From a virus: a DNA stretch of 64,000 nt. The notes beneath the pieces are model-generated. The model was not told the origin of the DNA. It saw nothing but the letters and a program-made list of their open reading frames with translations, and searched no databases. The translations under genes were made by a program, and so were the position numbers. The DNA is taken from positions 7,745 to 71,744 of the IMG/VR virus record IMGVR_UViG_3300035698_028218; one strand, written 5' to 3'. Below, piece after piece: positions 60,442-64,000 of this stretch (positions are counted from its first letter, which is position 1; each line of letters begins with the position of its first letter).

Positions 60442-60555
60442 TTGAGAATGTACTGTGGTGACATAGTACCTCCAACCAGTAAAGAAGTACCACTTACGGA
60501 GTTACCTAAGTTCGCAGGGGAGTAAGGAAGTTGGTCTGGGTGATATGTCTCAATT
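60440..60555 (+). ncRNA. Unidentified structured RNA
   Basis: Closing stem AATTGAGA/TCTCAATT, hairpin GTACTGTG-GTGA-CATAGTAC, CCAAC/GTTGG, CTTAC/GTAAG. Confidence 0.45.
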
Positions 60556-60559
60556 AAAT

Positions 60560-60634
60560 GGGGGTGTAGCAAGTGTTGGCTATTGCAACTGCTTTGCAAG
60601 CAGTAGATCGTGGGTTCAATTCCCATCACTTCCA
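60560..60634 (+). tRNA. tRNA-Ala(UGC)
   Basis: GGGGGTG/CACTTCC with G3:U70, A73; ACTGC-TTTGCAA-GCAGT. Confidence 0.9.
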
Positions 60635-60729
60635 CTGGCTTGGGTTATATGAATCCAAGTAAAAATAGAAAGTTGGGATTATGGTTTGTCTGTACCACCA
60701 GTACCGTTATAAAGGTAACAGACGCAAAC

Positions 60730-60809
60730 GCCTCTGTGGTTAATGCAAATTGGTACAGCTACTGGTTTTAGAAACCAGACCCTTGTAGGTTCGAATCCTA
60801 TTAGAGGTA
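60730..60809 (+). tRNA. tRNA-Leu(UAG) lacking long variable arm
   Basis: GCCTCTG/TAGAGGT A73; CTGGT-TTTAGAA-ACCAG; GTAGG-TTCGAAT-CCTAT; enlarged D region. Confidence 0.8.
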
Positions 60810-60818
60810 CAAAGAAAT

Positions 60819-60836
60819 AAGTTCATTGAAATGTTG
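60819..60836 (+). promoter_or_regulatory. boxA-like antitermination motif
   Basis: AAGTTCATTGAAATGTTG, resembles Bacteroidetes rRNA-operon boxA as recalled. Confidence 0.55.
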
Positions 60837-60860
60837 GTAATAAAGTAATTAAAATACGAA

Positions 60861-61041
60861 ATCTTGAAGCGAAAGGCAAAAGAAACATTGAGTGGGTTAG
60901 ATGCCCAACAGGTTCTAGATATTGAAAACTGGTCAGTAAATTAAATAAGTAGGTGTATTAGTAGCGAACGCTCATTAACCAAAAGAGAGTAGGCACATTA
61001 AACCTTAATCCCTGCGCACTGGTTCGATTCCAGTCAAGATA
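60861..61041 (+). ncRNA. Long tRNA-like RNA (~180 nt)
   Basis: ATCTTG/CAAGAT closing stem stacked on T arm ACTGG-TTCGATT-CCAGT. Confidence 0.55.
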
Positions 61042-61062
61042 AAGTTAGAATGTGTAATTTTT

Positions 61063-61133
61063 GGAGGGCGTAGTGTAACGGTAGCATGTGTCACTGTCTA
61101 TGACAAGGAGGGGTTCGAATCCCACGCTTTCTG
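61063..61133 (+). tRNA. tRNA-Asp(GUC), apparent 8/4 fold
   Basis: GGAGGGCG/CGCTTTCT G73; TGTCA-CTGTCTA-TGACA; GGGG-TTCGAAT-CCCA. Confidence 0.8.
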
Positions 61134-61143
61134 CTAAATAAAT

Positions 61144-61217
61144 AAGAATGAGGTGTGTACTAGCATTTTCTGTATGTCACGCAGATAGGTTTAGGGTGAA
61201 ATTCCTTTACGTTCTTA
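61144..61217 (+). tRNA. Degenerate tRNA-Asp(GUC)-like RNA
   Basis: AAGAATG/CGTTCTT; TCTGT-ATGTCAC-GCAGA; non-canonical T loop. Confidence 0.55.
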
Positions 61218-61223
61218 TTAAAT

Positions 61224-61299
61224 GGAGTGTTGGTCTAGTTTGGCTTAGGATGTCCCCCTGTCACGGGGAAGGTCACGGGTTCAAATCCCGTACATTCCG
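61224..61299 (+). tRNA. tRNA-Asp(GUC)
   Basis: GGAGTGT/ACATTCC G73; TCCCC-CTGTCAC-GGGGA; ACGGG-TTCAAAT-CCCGT. Confidence 0.95.
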
Positions 61300-61378
61300 C
61301 AATACTACTCCCTCTAGCGAAAACTAGTGAAATAATATAACTACATATATCACTGGTTATATTATGTGGGAGAATTTT

Positions 61379-61499
61379 GGAAGTATTCCTTTGTAAAGTA
61401 TGAGCTTAAAGCAGAATACGGGATAAATCAAGGCGTTGATTAAATTCTAGGAGTAACGAGGTGAAAATGCATTTGTTGGTTCGAGTCCAACTACTTCCG
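61379..61499 (+). ncRNA. Expanded tRNA-like RNA (121 nt)
   Basis: GGAAGTA/TACTTCC G; T arm GTTGG-TTCGAGT-CCAAC; interior hairpins including AATCAA-GGCG-TTGATT. Confidence 0.65.
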
Positions 61500-61511
61500 C
61501 AAATAATACAC

Positions 61512-61584
61512 ACATCATAGCATAACGGTATGCAGCAGGTCTCCAAAACCTCGCATAGACAGGGTTCGATTCCTTGATGGTGTG
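61512..61584 (+). tRNA. tRNA-Trp(CCA)
   Basis: ACATCAT/ATGGTGT G73; AGGT-CTCCAAA-ACCT; CAGGG-TTCGATT-CCTTG. Confidence 0.8.
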
Positions 61585-61585
61585 C

Positions 61586-61761
61586 AAAGGGGGTGTCTAA
61601 TGATAAAATCTTGTCATATAACAGGTATAGTCGTTTTTAGATATCAAAAACCATGTAGATTTGGCGTGGGATATGGGTCGGGGTAGGTACCCGAAATTGT
61701 TCTTCAAATCGGAACACTAGTAAGAAAACTCCATATATGAGTATATTTAAAACACCCTTTT
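61586..61761 (+). ncRNA. Unidentified multi-hairpin RNA
   Basis: Closing stem AAGGGGGTGT/ACACCCTTTT enclosing TCGGG/CCCGA, TGTTC/GAACA, ACTC/GAGT and GTTTTT/AAAAAC hairpins. Confidence 0.5.
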
Positions 61762-61765
61762 ATTT

Positions 61766-61837
61766 ATTCCGTTCGTCTAACGGCAAGGACATTGGATTTT
61801 CAATCCAGAAATAGGGGTTCGATTCCCCTACGGAGGA
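61766..61837 (+). tRNA. tRNA-Glu(UUC)
   Basis: TTGGA-TTTTCAA-TCCAG; AGGGG-TTCGATT-CCCCT; acceptor ATTCCGT/ACGGAGG. Confidence 0.9.
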
Positions 61838-61852
61838 CAATATTTAAATATT

Positions 61853-61923
61853 GGAGATTAACTCAACTGGAAGAGTGCTTCCGTTACATGGAAGAAGTTG
61901 TGGGTTCGAATCCCTCATCTCCA
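61853..61923 (+). tRNA. tRNA-Val(UAC)
   Basis: GGAGAT/ATCTCC A73; CTTCC-GTTACAT-GGAAG; GGG-TTCGAAT-CCC. Confidence 0.85.
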
Positions 61924-61929
61924 ACACAT

Positions 61930-62061
61930 GCTGTAATGAAGTAGAGTGAACTTAAATGGATTGTACAGTCCTATTAAGGAATCTATCAGTCTAAGAGACA
62001 ATTGGCGTTAGCTACTTATAATGTTGTACAATATTCTAGGGTTCAAGTCCCCAATATGGCA
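61930..62061 (+). ncRNA. Expanded tRNA-like RNA (~130 nt)
   Basis: GCTGTA/TATGGC A; T arm GGG-TTCAAGT-CCC; anticodon arm replaced by ATTGTACA/TGTACAAT stem with sub-hairpins. Confidence 0.55.
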
Positions 62062-62066
62062 CAAAT

Positions 62067-62138
62067 TCTCCGTTCGTCTAGGGGTCAGGACACTGGGTTT
62101 TCATCTCAGCAACAGGGGTTCGATTCCCCTACGGAGGA
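62067..62138 (+). tRNA. tRNA-Glu(UUC)
   Basis: TCTCCGT/ACGGAGG; CTGGG-TTTTCAT-CTCAG; 3' part identical to 61766 copy. Confidence 0.92.
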
Positions 62139-62148
62139 CAATATTTAA

Positions 62149-62460
62149 ACATCTATTAATTTTATTAAAAAACCTAATCACCAATATTCATATACCTTAA
62201 CACTATCTAGTGGTGAGGTAGGTGATGAAATTAGAGACTGGATTAATGGTCTTTTCACTAAGATAACATGTGGTGTGGATTCATTGGAAGAACTAATGGA
62301 TTTATATAACAAGGCGAAGGAAATGAATTTACCTGTCTCTTTAATTGAAGATGCTGGGTTAACGGAATTTAATGGTGAAAAAACAATCACCGCAATTGCA
62401 ATTGGTGCAGCGTCTTCCGAAAGAATAGATAAATTAACAAAAAATTTAAAGTTACTTTAA
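62149..62460 (+). pseudogene. 5'-truncated peptidyl-tRNA hydrolase Pth2
   Basis: Open frame ..WINGLFTKITCGVDSLEEL..LIEDAGLTEF..TITAIAIG..IDKLTKNLKLL; N-terminal VRxDL..GK..AQ..HA motif absent, stop at 62146. Confidence 0.75.
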
Positions 62461-62497
62461 CCAACGTTCAATAGAAATTGAAAAATTAGTTAGTGAA

Positions 62498-63694
62498 CTA
62501 CCCACCTACACCAAGAGGTGATAGATGGGCTTCGGGTTTCACAGGATGTGCATTGCTAACAATGTCTGATTTTTCCTCCACCTTTGTAATGGCAAGTTCC
62601 TCACCATATATTTTTAATCCTTCTTTTAGAATATTGATACTTGCGTTTAAATCACGGTCTAATTTATGACCATTTTTGCAAGTCCATTCTCTATCTGAAA
62701 GGTTTAAATCTTGATTTATATATCCACAAACATTGCAAGTTTTTGATGAAGGATACCAACGATTAATCTTAACAACAGTTTTATCGTTCCAATTTGCCTT
62801 GTATTCAACAAATCGAACAAATGTACCCCAACTTGCATCTGCAATATGTTTAGATAGTTTTCTATTTTTAATCATTCCTTTGATATTCAAATCTTCAAGG
62901 CAAATTATATCATAATTAGATACAATATCGTTACTCACTTTATGTAATACATCTTGTCTTGTGTTTGCTATTTTCTCGTGAATTAAGGCAACTTTACGTT
63001 TTTGTTTTTCAAACATATTGCTACCTTTTGTTTTACGAGAAAGATGTTGTTGTGCTTTTTTTAATTGTCTTTCATATCTTTTTGTGTATCTATTGTTTTT
63101 GTATTTAATTCCATCAGAAGTGATTGCAAAGTCTTTAATTCCTAAATCTATTCCTATCGTTTTACCAGTTTTTTTGCTTGGTACATATTCTTGTTCAGTT
63201 AAAATGGAAACGAAATATTTACCTGTTGGTGTTTTAGATATTGTGAATTTACCTATTTCACCTTTAACTTCTCTATGAATATTTACTTTAATACCACCCT
63301 TGAACTTTGGTGCATATATTCTATCATTAACTACTTTAGTATGTTGCGGTACTGTAAACGTATTCTTTTTACGTTTAGATTTAAACTTTGGAAACATTGC
63401 ATTTCCACGAAAGAAATTAACATAAGCAGTATCTAAACTTCTTAAAGCAAATTGCAAAGTTTGAGAATTAACTTCTTTTAACCAAATAGTATCTTCTTTT
63501 TTCTTTAGTTCAGTTAAAGTTTTTGCTTGTCCGTAATAATTATCAGTTTTTTTATCTGCTTGATATTGTTCCTTTCTTTCGTTTAAAAAGTGATTGTAAA
63601 TATATCTAACACAACCGAAGTGCTTATCCAATAAGGTTTTCTGTTCCTCATTAGGTAGTAATTCAAATTTATATGACCTATGTATATTCTTCAC
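62498..63694 (-). CDS. tnpB: TnpB RNA-guided endonuclease
   Basis: HFGCVRYIYN HTH, GIDLGIK (RuvC-I), LEDL (II), SSKTCNVCG zinc finger, DRDLNAS (III). Confidence 0.95.
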   Translation of the reverse strand: MKNIHRSYKFELLPNEEQKTLLDKHFGCVRYIYNHFLNERKEQYQADKKTDNYYGQAKTLTELKKKEDTIWLKEVNSQTLQFALRSLDTAYVNFFRGNAMFPKFKSKRKKNTFTVPQHTKVVNDRIYAPKFKGGIKVNIHREVKGEIGKFTISKTPTGKYFVSILTEQEYVPSKKTGKTIGIDLGIKDFAITSDGIKYKNNRYTKRYERQLKKAQQHLSRKTKGSNMFEKQKRKVALIHEKIANTRQDVLHKVSNDIVSNYDIICLEDLNIKGMIKNRKLSKHIADASWGTFVRFVEYKANWNDKTVVKINRWYPSSKTCNVCGYINQDLNLSDREWTCKNGHKLDRDLNASINILKEGLKIYGEELAITKVEEKSDIVSNAHPVKPEAHLSPLGVGG

Positions 63695-63841
63695 TCTATT
63701 ATTAAATAGTCTAATATTCTGTAAAAGAACATATTTCTATACGAAATGTAAAGGTTTTTGTAAATATATTTTAATTAATACCGTATTTAATTTAAATCAT
63801 TCCGTCTTTGGTTGTAAATAATTTAAACTAAATACTACATT

Positions 63842-64000
63842 ATGCAATCAAATTACATTTCTACAAATCATTCAAAACATTACTTAAAAGCACATATCAT
63901 TTTAGTTACTAAATATCGTAAACCATTATTGGTTAATCAACTTAAACAAGATATGTACACAATATTCAACAATATTATAGATAACTCAGATTTTAGCGTA
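63842..64000 (+). CDS. tnpA: IS200-type Y1 transposase TnpA (partial)
   Basis: MQSNYISTNHSKHYLKAHIILVTKYRKPLL. Confidence 0.85.
   Translation, partial: MQSNYISTNHSKHYLKAHIILVTKYRKPLLVNQLKQDMYTIFNNIIDNSDFSV

Larger units (their letters stand above)
62493..64000 (-). mobile_element. IS200/IS605-family element (divergent tnpB/tnpA; left end beyond window)
   Basis: Right end GAAG-hairpin-TAGTTCAC overlapping tnpB stop; tnpA and tnpB present. Confidence 0.9.

Noticed and set aside
60861-61041. tmRNA or group I intron-containing tRNA
   Set aside because: Lacks the G3:U70 Ala acceptor and a tag ORF; short, with no recognisable intron core; kept only as tRNA-like
1-64000. Stop-codon reassignment as in Lak/crAss-like phages
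   Set aside because: Core genes are full length in code 11, TAG and TGA end genes at expected places, and no suppressor tRNA was found

Overview
This AT-rich window is part of a large T4-like myovirus genome read in standard code 11. The host is probably a Bacteroidetes, judged from TTTG-N19-TAnnTTTG promoters and AT-rich starts without Shine-Dalgarno motifs. Positions 1-54 kb hold the virion module scattered on both strands: tape measure preceded by a -1 frameshifting tail chaperone, tube, sheath, neck, major capsid, scaffold, prohead protease, portal, large terminase, baseplate proteins and an SLT. These genes are preceded by a recurrent GTATTTAT late-promoter motif and interleaved with accessory genes (PhoH, glycosyltransferases, a sigma-like factor, a KTSC-MazG fusion, a Pth2-like protein, phenylalanine hydroxylase, UvrD, GIY-YIG, a nucleotidyltransferase and retropepsins). 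The most striking signal lies at 57.2-62.2 kb: two divergent tRNA arrays. Each has a near-identical host-type promoter, a short unannotated leader ORF, and mutually exclusive antiterminator/terminator hairpins. The codons clustered in each leader match the tRNAs of its own array: HQPQAQHPQ with Pro/His/Gln tRNAs, and LEALANVVLDAVLMDDAEWD with Ala/Leu/Asp/Trp/Glu/Val tRNAs. This looks like ribosome-stalling attenuation that switches on phage tRNA sets when those tRNAs are depleted. The arrays also contain boxA-like motifs, structurally odd tRNAs and several tRNA-like or structured RNAs. An IS605-type tnpB/tnpA element ends the window. All family calls were made by eye from motifs; no searches were run.
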